A stretch of 64,000 nt of DNA from Balanoglossus misakiensis (lineage: Eukaryota > Animalia > Hemichordata): NCBI GenBank assembly GCA_040954595.2, contig CM082579.2, positions 12,215,834-12,279,833 on the forward strand, read 5' to 3'. The notes under the pieces were generated by a model. It ran no database searches. It was not told the DNA's origin and saw only the letters and a list, made by a program, of their open reading frames with translations. The translations under genes and the position numbers were made by a program. Position 1 is the first letter of the stretch. The number at the start of each line of letters is the position of its first letter. Shown here in pieces: positions 1 to 13,982 of the stretch.

Positions 1-3000
1 AGTAAAGAGGCAATGCAAGTGTGAGGTTTTTAAATTTATTTTGTTGCTGTGTACATAACGCAGATGCAATGACAACAGAGCAGCCAATCAGATATAGTAG
101 AAGCTACAGACAAGTCACATGACAGTATCCGATTTTTCATCATATTGTGTGTATCTCTCTTGCTTTTTGAGAAAAACTTTTTCAGGTTAGCTTGTTCCAC
201 ATCATAGCGTTATTGGTAAGAGATTCACAGAAACAAAATAGAAAATCAAAGCGTTGACACACATATCAACGTTACTATCATTTTAAAATAGGACCCACTT
301 AGGAACAGGCAAGTTATCTTCTTTTCTTCATTCATGACAAGTTAAAGGCCCGCGTTGATTATCAAATTAAACTAACAATTTATTTGTCTATTAAAACATT
401 TCAGTGACAAACAAAATACTATGTATTTTGCTAAGACAAAACACAAAACTAGTTAACATGTAATTTCTTAAGTAGCATGGCCCTTGGTACATTTACAGGA
501 ATCAAAAAATTAAGTATGAACTGTTTGTTTAGGTTTGTTCTTATTTTTAGTTTCATAATGTTTTGAACATGGTTGTTTTTGTGAAGAATATACAAATTTT
601 ATCTGTTTTATAGATTTAATTGCATTTTAAGAAATTAATAAGCTGGCAAGAATTTCATTTTGTATTTTTTTGTGGACTTTAATTTTTTTAATGATTTCAT
701 TCCTACTGGGAAAATGTCTTCCTATATTTTAACATCTTCTACTGAAGAAAATACAGTCACAATATTATCAGTGTAATTTTAAATTTTCATGAAATTTATT
801 CAGTTTGCTTGTAATTTATACATTTGGTTCTTGCCACACACAACTCAAATACTTAATTCGAAGCAATCATTTTGACACAATTTTCTAATTTAAACATGTA
901 TATGAATGCAGTACTCTTGAAATGTACTGGATATGTGAGAAAAAATGGTGTGCCTGTGTTCAAAATTTAACAAAAGTGACAAATAAGGTATACCCGTACA
1001 TTAACAAGAGTGACATTTTAATACATGGTGATGATTAACATACACTACTGTTTAATGTCAGAATAGGAGCCTATATTTCTATTTTTCTAGGTCATTTTAT
1101 CTTCATAGTCATATGATTACTTTTAGTTTTGGATTTCAAAGAAGTTGCATCTTAAGTACTATGTATGTATTATTCATTTATATGAATAATTGTTCATGCA
1201 TTATAGCAATAACAATATCAGGGGGAAATTCATGAAATGTGAACGTTTTATGTTCCAATAGCCTTTCCCATCATGATTGAACTGTTTCTTGTTGTAGTGA
1301 AGTTGTGAAATGCATTAGAGTTAACAAAACCTTCCGTCTCTGCACTTTGCCAACAGTATCAAGAGTGCCTTCAGGTCTTCCAATAATATAAATGTTGTCT
1401 GACTATTTCCATGTCAAATTGTAGTTCCAATTTGAATTTAGCAAATTTTGCTGACATTAAGTCTTAAATTGCAGAGTTTTCTGGCCATTTTCCAATACCA
1501 GATTCCTAAGATCAGGCCTTTAGTTTTCCAGACATGCAGTTGCAGTAAATTTTTCAAAGGATTTTCATGGTGGATTAAAGTTCATTTATTTTCTAAATTC
1601 AAGGACTTTCGAGAATTGTACAAAGTCTGGTGATATCAAAATTACCTAGATACTGTAATATATATTTGACATATATTACAAGAACTTCTGTTGTAAATTG
1701 CATTTCATATCATATATCAAATAAAGTAATGTTTTTTTGTAAAAAGAATATTTTTCAGTGTATTAACCTAATCAAGCAATCTGCTCCCAGTAGCACACTT
1801 CCAGTAATCTGCACTTGAACATAAGGGTTAGGAAAGTTTACTTGAAAGACCACTGCCTTCCATTGAAGGTGACACTCACAAATGAACCTTAAACTTGCAT
1901 CTACTGTCAGTAAAGCCATGTCTCAGATTTTGATATATTTGATATATAAAGTAAACAAAGGGCCCTGGGAAAGGACTATGTAGGTCAAGGTGTCATAGCA
2001 TTTAGCACCTACATTTGTGAAATTATCAAAAATTGCCGACAATAACTCTATTTCTGCAATTGTTATAACATAGTGGTCCCAACATGCAAATTTGGTCACA
2101 TGACTTCATTATTGATTTGAAATTTGATCACCGTGTTTAATAGTTGATGAGATAGGTCAATGACAAGAAGCATACAAGATGAAGTCAGTTAATGACTCAA
2201 TAAAATATTAAATCACAACTTAATTTGGTGCTGTGCTGCACTATATATCGTATTTTTTTCAATTTTCAGCGGTAAATCTCTTAGAGAAAGGAACTAGAGG
2301 TTGTAAAAACACATAATACTTCCACAAGTGCTGAGTAACAAAGGAAGTGCAATAAGGTTTGGGAAAGATGGTGAACGTGTCAGAATCTGATTAAAGGTTT
2401 GTATAAATTAAGAGTGCCAGATCTACTCAAAATCAATTATGTTATATTTAAAGCGTTACCACTCCGCTCAAGGATATTGCCTATTGTTATAGGATTGGGC
2501 ATGGGAATGGTGTCATTGAAGGCTATATCCTGAACAGAGTCTTCGGTGAATAAGGGTATGTGGGTTGGAAACCTACGCGGGCAAACCTCAGCTAGAAGGG
2601 GGACTTGTAAACCCAACCGTATCCCGCCCAACCCTCCCCTCTATCTTACACTTTCTTCGATTGCTTTGCTATCCAACTCCGCGGTCGAAGAGTAGTTACA
2701 CCGTTCTCACCTGGTCAATTTATATAGGGTTCTCATGAATGTTCATTAGGTGATTAGCACATGCGGATGTATTTCCCGTCGTGCTTCGGATTTAAATAGA
2801 GTTAGTGTTTATGTCCCATTTGTTCGTCACTTTTACAGCATCAGTGAACTTCCATGATAATATTTTTGATAGTGACAACTTTAGTGAGCGATAAAAGAAT
2901 ACATGAATCATGCCAAAGCACTTAAAGCATATTGAGCTGTGGTAACCGGTTTTTCAGCATATATAATATCTATAAAATCAAGAAAAACTAAATAATGTCA

Positions 3001-5124
3001 AAATTAAATGAATGGTCACATTTTATGTCTATGATGGATCCCAGGCAACTATCACAGGATATCTGAGGGCAAATGTCTGTGACCCTGACATGAAGCAGAA
3101 GGCTTTTTACAATCAATGTAGGAATACATTGAATTACAGCCAAAGTTGATCTGTGAAAGTTTTGTGGGGTATACAGATTCTTGACAACAATGGAAATGAA
3201 GGCTTCGAGTCTGTTTCAACTACTTTATAATTAAGGCTGGAAAGGGTTAAAACTACTGCTATAGTATGGATGTCAACTCCAGTATATGATAAAAAAGACT
3301 GTAATTGACTAAGAATGACTCATCTAGAATTGGTTGCAGTTAGCTAGTAAACACATCTGACCAGAGTTACTGATATTCTGTCAAGATCTTGAGTAGTTCA
3401 TTAACAGAAAATTCTAAACAATCCCTACTTAACTGAGCACCATAAAGTGTCTGTTTATTTATCAGTAAACTTTGTAAGTGCGCTGGAAAAGAATCCAAAC
3501 ATGGGCAAGTGTCTCTTCACATGTATCTGTCTATTAATGGCAGAATTTAGGATTTTTCCTGACTAAGCACTTTGTGACCACTGTTCAGTCCGACTTTAAC
3601 GAAGAAATGGACATCTACTTCTAAATGTACATAGTTAGGACTAAGATTTTCGTTACTGCTTGTCTCTGATCTCTGATAAATAGGAAATGGCTCGACTACT
3701 GTGTTTCAGCGATTTATACCAAAGAGGAAGCAAAGTTCAAGCGAGACTCTCAATTCTCAGTGAGTTGTTAGCTAAACTTGGCCCACACTTTGCTCTAAAT
3801 TTAAGTGCTAATGAAACTAATAAAAATATAGCACGTTCATGTTACTTTTCATTTGTATGTAGACGAGTATGTTATAATGGTGTCAGGCATCTTAAACCAT
3901 ACAATAAGTTGAGTTTTGAGGCTTTAACATAATAACAAATTCACAACACTCAAGTAAAGTTTTATGTCCAAGGGGCTATTGTAAAAAGTATGTCACCTTC
4001 ACGAAATAAGAAATGAATCTAGAGTACACCCACCAAAGAAAGTCACCTAAATAGCAAACATCAAATCTTAATGAAAGTGCTGTTATGATATCAGAGAATT
4101 CCTATGTCTGGCCCTCTCATGATACAGGTATGATAGCTTTTCAGAATTAAATTGATTTGTTTTAGACCATGTATTTATTGTCAACGCAATAAAGAGACTC
4201 ACTAGAAAATCCCCAAGTCCCTAATCACATATTTGTGCCACATTCCGCTTTTCCCGTGAAAGAAATGAACCCCTGCTCCAAATACTGGTGTCTTATACTA
4301 GGAATTTTAATTGCATACAGCCTATAGACAGTGGGTGATTCCTCTCCACTGTTTCTGTTGCAGTGGTATTAGTTTCCATGCGTTATTCAGGACAGACACT
4401 ATACTCAAATACCACACAATAAATGTGTATTCCATAAAGTGTACACAACGAAAGTTCACCAGGTCTGCACCAGATCTGGTGCATGCCCGGTGCATGTCTG
4501 ACCAACAGGTCATGTGCGGCAATATGGACCCAGACCTGCATCAGTCTGCTGGATCAGAATTCTATAAAATTCGAAATAAACTTTAAGGTTCATGTTTGTC
4601 AGCCAGTTTTATATGGCACCTATATCTAACATGAGCCATGAAGGGAACCTGCGAATAATTATGTGCCAGAATGTTAGAACAAGAACTGAATAAGTGACGT
4701 GCAATCGAAAACCTCTTTTCAATGAACAGTGCAAAGGCAAGACAGAGCTATGTTGAACAATGTAGACAAAGTTACATTTAAGGAGATTATCATCACGCAC
4801 ATTTGCTCTTAAAACAAGCGAAGAATACACTGAAATTTATTATGCACAGGTTAATGATATCATAGCTTCATGGTCCTATCTGTTACAGATTACATCATTA
4901 CGACACAATCTGCAGCTTCCCAAAGATAAAATTCCTAATATTTCTCAACATAGCCTGTTGTAGGTACATGTAATTAGCATTAGTCATGACTTGATTTCAT
5001 CTGTCAACAATAAATTGGTATGTACACGAGATTAAAATCATAACTTGTTTACTAGCGGAAATTGGATATTTTATTGTGAGGGGAATAAGCATATGTAGTT
5101 GATACACGGAAAGATAGTGGTCAT

Positions 5125-5410
5125 TTAATACATTATTGTGTCATACCCCATCTTTCCTACTAGAACAATTGCTATCAAGGACTGGTCATTCTTACATTTC
5201 TGTAACACCTGCTGGTCTAATTTATTTGGATCGATTTTGCATTCACTAATCTCCTCTTGAACCACTAACGATGTAAATATGCTATCAATTTCGCCATTAC
5301 AGAACCACAGCACTGATTTTATTTCTAGCTGTGAGTGATGGTCTCTGAACTGCGTAGCTTTCTTAAGTGCGTCGTTCCGCTGTGCAGCTATGTCTTGTAG
5401 GTTTTTTCGC
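5125..5410 (-). CDS. Putative alternative terminal exon C of the minus-strand gene (variable module copy 3)
   Basis: Strong acceptor ttttgtttatatttttccAG|g, phase 2. Open frame (x)RKNLQDIAAQ...KSVLWFCNGEIDSIF...QKCKNDQSLIAIVLVGKMGYDTIMY*. Collinear with the exons at 18594-18996 and 22683-23091. AATAAA on the minus strand at 5070-5075. Confidence 0.6.
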
Positions 5411-5993
5411 CTGGAAAAATATAAACAAAAATCAATTTATAATTGGGTCTAGAAAACAGTTTCTGACTCGTCGTGTCAGTAAAGCAGTCAATCAAGAAAG
5501 AATACACTTGCTCATCATCATGCATAAGTCACTGTATGAGATTTGGGCTTCTGGGGTCGGGCCGCCACCTAGCGGTGACATCGACCTTCTGCATTTGTCA
5601 CAGATGTTTTAGTGTGTAAGTTTGTTAGTTTGTTTGATGGTATTGATTGATATAATAAACAAAAATGTTCGGTTATTTATTTATTTATTTATTTACAAAT
5701 ATGGTCACGTTTGTTTGATATCCGTTGGCATGGGAGAATATCACAGAACTTCATGACCTCGCCAGGACGTTTGTGTAGTACTAAAGTTATGTTCATGAGG
5801 GATATGGTGTATCCGGCTTCCGTATTTTCGCGAGCACAGCGAACGAAAATACAGCAAGATAAATTGTATCCACCGTATCACGGGATGGAGTTGGCATATG
5901 GATTTTACTCAATGAACAGTTATTCGCCGCTCAGCTGGTCAGGACCCGTCACATACTAACGCTCACATCCACTCACATATGACGCTTCAGTAA

Positions 5994-6731
5994 GGCTGCA
6001 TTCACAAACGCCTCTGGAGAAGGGGGGGGGGGGGAGGCGAGAGAATTCAATTTTTGTTACCGTTAATTTTCACATGCCCCCCGTACACAACCCGAAATAT
6101 TTTCAAATCCCCCTTCCGAACTGCTACAATTTTGAAATCCCCCCCCTCCATTTTGTTTCACACAGCAAAACACATCACCTATCTATCTTGTAAAAAAAGA
6201 ATAATTATTTTTAATTATGTGTATTCTGTGTTGGCAGACATTCTAAACCGAGAAGTGAAGGGGGTGGGTTTGGGAGGGGGTGTCCCCCTCCCACGTAAGA
6301 AAATTTTATAAATACAGGGCTCAAAGCTGCATTTTAATGAACCCAAAGGCAAATTAACTCAACTACCGGTATGTTGGGGAGGACAAATTTAACCTTCCCT
6401 TCTCAAAGTTAGCATGGGGTGGGGGGTGGGGGGGGGGGCAAGTCCCCTGACCTGGGACACTAGATAAACCAGTCATTGATTGAAAGGTGTTGATGAATGA
6501 TGGGGTGGGTGTGGGAGGGGGTGTCCCCCTCCCACATTAGAAAATTTTGTATTATGAAGGGTTCAAAACTGCATTTTCGTGGACTCAAAATAAATATTTA
6601 GTCCTCAAAGTTTTCAAGTCCCCCCCTTTCAGTCCCTAAATTATTTCAAATCCCCCCTTACATACCCTCATTTTTTTCAAATCCCCCCTCAATTCTCCCG
6701 CCCCCCTCCAGAGGTGTTTGTGAATGCAGCC
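5994..6731. mobile_element. Non-autonomous PIF/Harbinger-like MITE
   Basis: TIRs GGCTGCATTCACAAACGCCTCTGGAG / CTCCAGAGGTGTTTGTGAATGCAGCC, flanked by TAA on both sides (5991-5993, 6732-6734). Confidence 0.8.
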
Positions 6732-6859
6732 TAAAATGTTTTTAAATGAAACTATTCGTATTTTATATCATTAAAACCAGAATTCGTATATAAAGTAACA
6801 AGAACAATAAATAGAACGTCAACATTTGGAGAGTCTTGTAAAATTTATCTTTGAATCGT

Positions 6860-7270
6860 TCAATCCAAGTCGTAATCGGAGTACATCACAGCTGGTCGGC
6901 GACGTTTGGCTGGTGGTTGTGACAGAGAACTGTTTCCAGTGATATTAAAGGTAAATTTTAACAATCCACCGCTTATTTGTGTTGGAGAACATTCGTGGTA
7001 ATTTGTGGCAATTGGTGAACTGAGGGAACTGGACCTCGAATAGCCGTCGAATGCGAAGGGCCAGCAACGGGGGGTTGGTATCAGGCTTGTTGTACTCGCT
7101 ACGGTCGGACGTGGATCAAATGTATTCTGAGTCCCTGTGAGTATGTTGCTCATTTGACACTGCTTTTAGTTGTGCACAGATTGGTACCTGCGGCTCGTGT
7201 GGGACAAAAAATCCCCAACTCGTGTGAGAAATACGATCCCAGGTCCTTGGGAGTGTGAGATTCTATTATT
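6860..7270 (-). mobile_element. Possible Crypton-like (tyrosine recombinase) C-terminal remnant plus dispersed repeat
   Basis: Tail QMSNIL...FTFNI...PPAKRRR..YSDYD resembles Crypton-type ORF tails (from memory; no catalytic motif seen). 7185-7270 matches 46780-46890 (gcggctc..ggacaaaaatcccc..ctcg; ccttgggagtgtgagat). Confidence 0.3.
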
Positions 7271-7289
7271 CCATTAGTGACACAGTGTT

Positions 7290-9420
7290 TAATTCAAGTC
7301 CCTTCAAGTATACAAGCAGCCCATTTTGCATAATCATTTTGGACATATTTCACATGATATTGCACTTAATACCATGAAGTTGACGAGACACTAGTCACTA
7401 CAGAGCAGGTATCTCCCTCTTTTAAAATGTAAGCTTATGCTGATCCGTCCCATTTACATTTACAAATGTGTTCTTTTTCCAAAGCACCAGAAGGTATACT
7501 TTCATCAGGCATTGAATGCAGGGTTCCCTCTTTTAGCAATTGATCGGAAAGAACTTGGTCGATCTGGTGTATTTACATTACAACCCTAACCACTTCTGTT
7601 GATTGCATCTTTGATAATTCTTTAATATGGGAATGTTATGTATAAGTTCTAAAACTGATGTTAGTACCTGGATTCCGATGCTGTTTCCTGATGCCTTCTT
7701 TGGCTTCCAGGAGTTTTGGATTTAACGCTGCAACTTTCTACATCTGGATTCATATTACGTGGTACTTCCTTGCTTTTCTGGTTCTGGTTCGCGACGTGAG
7801 GATTCCTTCTGTCCCTGTGAACAAAGCATCACAAGGAAGTGTTGCCTTGTTTATATACAACGTTTGATGATGTCATGGTTCAAGCACTGTGACAAATCTA
7901 TATAATAATTTCAAGCCGGAATATACTACTGATAACAGCAAGAAGATTAAGGCACACTGAATGACAGCCCCCCCCCCCTCCTTGCCCAAACTAGACATTA
8001 TACAGATGTTTTTGGTCAAAATAGCCGTATGTTAATATTCACGGATTTTCTTTGGGAGTGTACCTTAACAAGTGATCAACTATCTAGTGATTGGCTGTTA
8101 CATAAGCTGCTGCATTATCGTTTCTTCAATCGATTCAACAAACTCAATTTCGACATGATTAACATTATCAGTTCCACGTTGACATTCTTTGTAAAGATTA
8201 AATAAATGATTATACCACACATCAATAGGATGTCATTTTGAGAGTAACCTTTCTTACTGTCAACATATTTAAGAACATATCAGAAATCTTTAGAACATTT
8301 CAGAAGGCATCAAGCAACTGTAATCTAATACACTCTATGTACATTCTCTTATTGTCCCTGCAGATTTATTTGTAATTGATATGGTTCTATTCGGTAAGGA
8401 ATCTCTAGCTAAAATCAAAAGAGTTTGGACCTCCATCTATCACAAACTTTTGTTGGAAATTTGGTTTGCAGGCTTCCTCACATCAGTATCGACCAGCAGT
8501 GTGACCATCCGCATTTACCTCATTTGCATTACTGTTAGCAGCGATACCTGGTGACATATCCAAATTGCAAATCCGAGAGAAATTATCTGATTCGCTCATG
8601 ACCAAGACATTAAAAGTCAAACAGAGTCTAAACTGCACACGAAACCAAACAATAGTCAATAACACAAGCACCATTTGTAGTTACACAAGTCACATTCCCC
8701 TCTTTGACACCTGGAATTCTTCCAATGACAATATGCAGATTGAAGTGTTTACACATACTTAGAAGTGTTCGGCCAATCTCATTTATAGAATCATATGCGT
8801 GGCATAGAGAAAAGTCGGAGAAGTAGACTGGGTCTTCAATCGGCATATATTTAGTTGAGTCTTTTAAGATGAAGTCGATCTCTCTTCCAGATCTGGCATT
8901 AAAGTCTACAGTGAGAACTAAAACTGTGTTCAGGAGATTGCTATACGTGGCCTCGTTAAATAATGTTCTTCAAATTCTATTTCGTGGACTGATGTAGCAA
9001 CGTTCTAACACAGAGAAAGACACATTTATTCGGAGCATCATGTTACTAATCTTCGTACTTTGTTAATACATTTCTTACAAATATCCACAGAAGCACCTCC
9101 ACTCGGGCGTCCGCTCTAGCTGTATCTTATTGCATCAAAGCAAAAGCGCTTATGATCCTTTAGAAAATTCGTCGCTGTCCCAGCTATACGTGAGATTATT
9201 CACACAGTGAAACAAAATCGAATTACAGAGCTTGCTTTTCAAACCCCTCACATTCCAACATGACAGAGATAACTCGGAGTACTTCAGGCCGTGGCTACAC
9301 CCTTACCTAGGGTCTTCAGAATGCCGAATTCATTACTTCTCGATTTGTCGTGTTCTTTCATTAAGTTTTTGGGTGGTCTTTCTTCCATTTTCGTCAGTAC
9401 ATACTAGTCATAACATCACA
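7290..9420 (-). mobile_element. Decayed non-LTR retrotransposon (APE endonuclease and start of RT, many stops and frameshifts)
   Basis: Minus strand gives CWNVRGL (APE motif I, about 9240-9260) and IGRIPGVKEGNVTCVTTNGACVIDYCLV (APE C-terminal IDY motif, about 8645-8730). Confidence 0.75.
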
Positions 9421-9557
9421 TCACTGGTGCATGTTTGGCATAGGAAAATTTACCAAGTCTACATGACAGGAGCTTGAAGGCTGCTAGTTGCACATATTGA
9501 CATGACCAACAAGAGAACAAAGTTTGTGAATTTTCCACAAAGCCTGTATGTTGGCAT

Positions 9558-9650
9558 GGTATCAGAACAACTGCCCCCCCCCCGGACAACTGCCCCCAGG
9601 ACAACTGCCCCCGTATGACAATCGCCCCCGGACAACTGCCCCCTTCCCAC
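9558..9650. repeat. GACAACTGCCCC subterminal repeat cluster, probable terminus of the MULE element
   Basis: Five copies of (GG/A)ACAACTGCCCC-like units follow GGTATCAG. Linking it to the MULE is an inference. Confidence 0.5.
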
Positions 9651-10648
9651 CCAACAATCCAGCAATGCCAAAACATTGTAGTACTATTTTCTAAAACTGT
9701 CGCCATCGTTATTTAGTCTCCGTTTTTGTTTAAGTTGGTGAATTCTAAATACTCAAGTAAGGTCCTTATCGGCACCAAAATGGTGTAGTCAAACAGTTGC
9801 CGGCATCATTATGATATTATTATTACATGTACTATTAGAAAAGAAACCTAACTTAGAATACAGGTGATAGTGATATAAGGTGATAATGACATAATTGAAA
9901 AGGGTGTGGGACAAGCGTCAGTTTTTGCTTCTATTTACTAAATGAAGTACACTGAATAGAAGTTAGGGCGACAATAATCTATAAGGTTGTATCTAGATTT
10001 AAACTGTTTTGTTTCTCCTAGTTGTATGATAAACTACCCCACTGGAAAATTAAATTTTTTATATGTTCTATAAGTGTAAAATTTGTTCTGGGTTAATCTG
10101 AAAGCTAGGCTGCTTGGGACATTCCTTTGCTGTCAGCTAGCAACAACGTATAACTATCATCTATTCACGACGCCCAACAAAGAATTTTTAAACGCCTTAT
10201 TTTGCGTCTCCTCCAAACTTCCGTGAACAGCTTCTGTAATCAGCTGACAGCATTACGTTGTTTTCCCCAGTTGAAACGCTTTCAGATTGACCTTGTTCGA
10301 ACTATAGACTCAGGAAAATGGTGTATGTTGGAGGGGCTTTTCTCTCCAATCGTACTGAAAGACAATGTCCTTTATAACTTTAACAAACATAGGCCATGAC
10401 AAGTTGTGTGATGTGCGTCATGAACTGTTAGCAAACATGGTACCTTGTTCACACCTTCAGTGAAGATGTCGGTAATTTCTGTCATGTTAGGCTAATTATC
10501 TGTATATTCGGCAAACGGGTTGGTCGGTGTCACCTTTGGTTCCGTCATTTGCCGAAATTAGAAAGTGTATAAAATGGGTTCTGGGATGACAATTGTCATC
10601 ATACATCATGTGACCGACTGCACTATCCAGTTCGTTCCAAGTTGTCAG

Positions 10649-12418
10649 CTACGGCGCGCCAAGTGTTTCAAAATTATTTATCATTATTTTATAGAAAATT
10701 GATGTCTTTTAACAAAAAAATACGTACAAAAACACAATAAACTGATTGGTGCTTCAAAAAACAACGAGTGTAAAAAGTAATCCATCGTAGAGTAAACCCC
10801 CCCCCCCCGAAAAAAACAAAAAAACAAAAAAAAAAACACTAACACACACAGAAGAAAATCTCACCTGTTGTCAAAAAAAACCACCAAGCTTACCAAAAAA
10901 ATACGCCCACAAGGCAGTTGTCACAAAAAAGAGGCGCACATTTTTCACGAAAAACGCACACTTCACCCCCACAAAAAATACACACAAAGTATTAAAAAGA
11001 ACACTCTTTGTAAAAAAAAGAGAGACTACAACTTGAAAAAAATGCACACCCCAGAATAAACAACACAGGCAAACATAGAAAAAACACGAACATGTTAGCC
11101 ATAAAAAACGGAGATATTTGCTACCGAAAAAAACCGCACACATGTCACCCCAAAACTAACGGGCCACTTTAAAAAAAACGCAGATGCACTGAGGTTGCAA
11201 AAAATAACCACATTTTAATCCCCCCGAAAAAAAAAACACAGGCAATTTGAAAAAAAAAACAAAAACGAAGAGCAATTTCCAAAAAAAAAAATAGGAACAT
11301 TTGTCACCCAAAAAACAGGCAATTTGTAAAAAACGCAGAGCAATTTGAAAAAAATAGGAACATTTGTCGTCCCCCAAAAAACAGGCAATTTGAAACAAAA
11401 ACACGATATAAAATTTGGAAAAAAAATATATAGGCACATTTGTCACCCAAAATATTCAGGCAAATCCAAGTTGTAAAAAAAATGGTATATTTGTCATCCA
11501 AAAAATATAACAAGCGTATTTAAAAAAAACGAACATTCAGTTGTAAAAATAAATAATAGTCTTCAACAACTTGAAAAAAAAAACGGACGCATTTGAAAGA
11601 ATAGCGTATGCGCATGCGCCGAAAAAAATCTAGTGAGAAATCCTGGGGAATAAATGCGCATGCGCTCCAAAAAAAAAAAAGTGAGAGATTTTGCAAGAGG
11701 AGTCTGGGTGGTGTGTATTCCTTCACGAAGGAATCCCACAATGGCGACCATATATTCACGTCCACCACAGTAACCTTCAGTCGACTCGGATTCTAGTCGA
11801 CTCGCGTTCTATCCGACACATACACATTGCCTGTGTTTTTTTTCGGGGGGATTAAAATGTGGTTATTTTTTGCAACCTCAGTGCATCTGCGTTTTTTAAG
11901 TGGCCCGTTAGTTTTGGGGTGACATGTGTGCGGGTTTTTTTTCGGTAACAAATATCTCCGTTTTTTATGGCTAACATGTTCGTGTTTTTTCTATGTTTGC
12001 CTGTGTTGTTTGTTCTGGGGGTGTGCATTTTTTTCAAGCTGTAGTCTCTTTTTTTTTTTACAAAGAGTGTTCTTTTTAATACTTTGTGTGTATTTTTTGT
12101 GGGGGTGAAGTGTGCGTTTTTCGTGAAAAATGTGCGCCTCTTTTTTTGTCACAAATGAGTGATTTTTTGTGCAACTGCCTTGTGGGCGTATTTTTTTGGT
12201 AAACTTGGTGGTTATTTTTTTACAACAGGTGAGATTTTCTTCCGTGTGTGTTAGTTTTTGTTTTTGTTTTTTTTTACTCCACGATGGATTACTTTTTACA
12301 CTCGTTGTTTTTTGAAGCACCTATCAATTTATTGTGTTTTTGTATGTATTTTTGTTAAAAGACATCAATTTTCTATAAAATAATGATAAATAATTTTGAA
12401 ACACTTGGCGCGCCGTAG
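10649..12418. mobile_element. Foldback element with about 600-bp terminal inverted repeats
   Basis: Ends CTACGGCGCGCCAAGTGTTTCAAAATTATT... / ...GAAACACTTGGCGCGCCGTAG. Arms are about 10649-11245 and 11822-12418. 4-bp direct repeat TCAG at 10645-10648 and 12419-12422. Confidence 0.85.
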
Positions 12419-12443
12419 TCAGCACTTGCGCACGTCAATAAGT

Positions 12444-13430
12444 ATGGAGTTTGTCGAAAGTAGCGGAGTAAGAAGAAGTTGGTACACAGTGGTTATGTCT
12501 ATGTAAAGCAGAAAGCTTTAGCGAACAATCTCTTACGAATGTGAGAAACGTCGACGTAATGGCTGTAAAGCATAACTGAAGGTCCGTGGAGAAGAGATAG
12601 TTGGACACATCAACGAACACACAAATGCAGCCGACACCTGCCGAGCAGAAGCAATCCAAGTCCGTAACACAATAAAGATGAAAGCCATAAACACTGAAGA
12701 AACCTCCTAACAAATCATCACCCAAGCAGTGCAGAATATATCAGAGGGCTGCTCAACACAACTACCTCCAATCAGAGACATTCTCCGTGCTTTCAGGCAT
12801 TACAAGAAAACTGTTGGTGCCCCTCATCCTATTCCTTCAAGGCCTGTTAACATGGAAATTCCAGACGGGTATAATGTAAGAATAGTGGTCTTTTGTGTGC
12901 ACAATATTTTACCAAAAAACAAACTACAGCGTTTTGACACTTTCTTGTTTTGCTAGAGAAATTATTAATTTTCAAATTATACCAACAGCCTGAGAAAAAC
13001 ACGAATATTTGGTTATTTTAGGAACTTGTAAGTAAATCTGTATCAAATTGGTTGATTTTGTTCCTAGACTAACATAATTGTAAAAAATTAACTGGTAATT
13101 TAGATCTAAAATTACTCGCTGCTACAATGTACTCTATTTTGCTGCTAAACATTCAATGGCCAAATTATTTCCCCCGGCAAAATTCGATTAGTCAATCTAA
13201 CTTTCTTCTTAGGCCATGTTTTATACTAAAACAATTACAGAGGTAACCATTGTTAAATAACTCTCTCCCGCATTTCAATTCTTGCAGCGCACAACTTCTG
13301 GGGAAGACTTTTTACTGTATGATAGTGGCCCCAGTGATGATCGCATGCTGATATTTTCTACAGCGCAGAATATGCGACTTCTACAAAATTCCAGTGATTG
13401 GTTTTTAGATGGGACTTTTAAGATTGTTGG
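12444..13430 (+). pseudogene. Truncated FLYWCH-MULE (Mutator-like) transposase pseudogene
   Basis: MEFVES..KKLVHSGYVYVK..YECEKRRRNGCKA*LKV..HINEH (FLYWCH-like, with frameshifts and stops). After a likely intron (about 12873-13288): SGEDFLLYDSGPSDDRMLIFST..LLQNSSDWFLDGTFKIV, the WxxDGTF first catalytic Asp of MULE transposases. Truncated after this. Confidence 0.8.
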
Positions 13431-13811
13431 CATGACTTAAAGACAAGAAACTTAAACATTTTTTGTTATACAAATTTAGACAAAACTAGGACTACTAGTG
13501 CTTAATATATATGAATTACATAATACAAAGTGTACACTTGGACTTAGAGAAGTCTTGTCAGTCACTCTCACAGCATACACACGGGCTGTGCGAGCAGTTG
13601 GCAAAATATGTAGAAATTTTCAATCATAGTTAACTTAGAGGATGGTTATTTTTGAAACATGTTCGAAATGTGTCTATCCGTCATAACATCAACCGTGAAC
13701 ACAAGCAATGCTACACAGCTTACAGGCTACGTCATCACACAGCCTCCGTGCTGGATTTTTCAGGGTTAAAATCGTGGCTTTTCATTACGTTCTTCAGATG
13801 TTCGAGTACAC

Positions 13812-13982
13812 TATAGAAATAATGGACGACGCCCTGACCATTAACGTTTGTTTATGGGCAAAGGCGAGGGGAAAGCCCAAAATTCATGGGTGAAGCTTGC
13901 GAGCCCATGAATTTTGGCTTTCCTCGAGCCCGCGCCCATAAACACACGCTAATGGCCAGGGCGGAGTCGGTTATTTCCATTA
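13812..13982. mobile_element. Palindromic non-autonomous element
   Basis: Imperfect 170-bp hairpin centred on ccaaaattcatggg...cccatgaattttgg. Confidence 0.6.

Noticed and set aside
2437-2800. Solo LTR
   Set aside because: Composition is suggestive, but no clear TG..CA ends, TSD or second copy were found.
10868-12320. K-rich and F-rich ORFs
   Set aside because: Artefacts of A/T tracts in the foldback arms.
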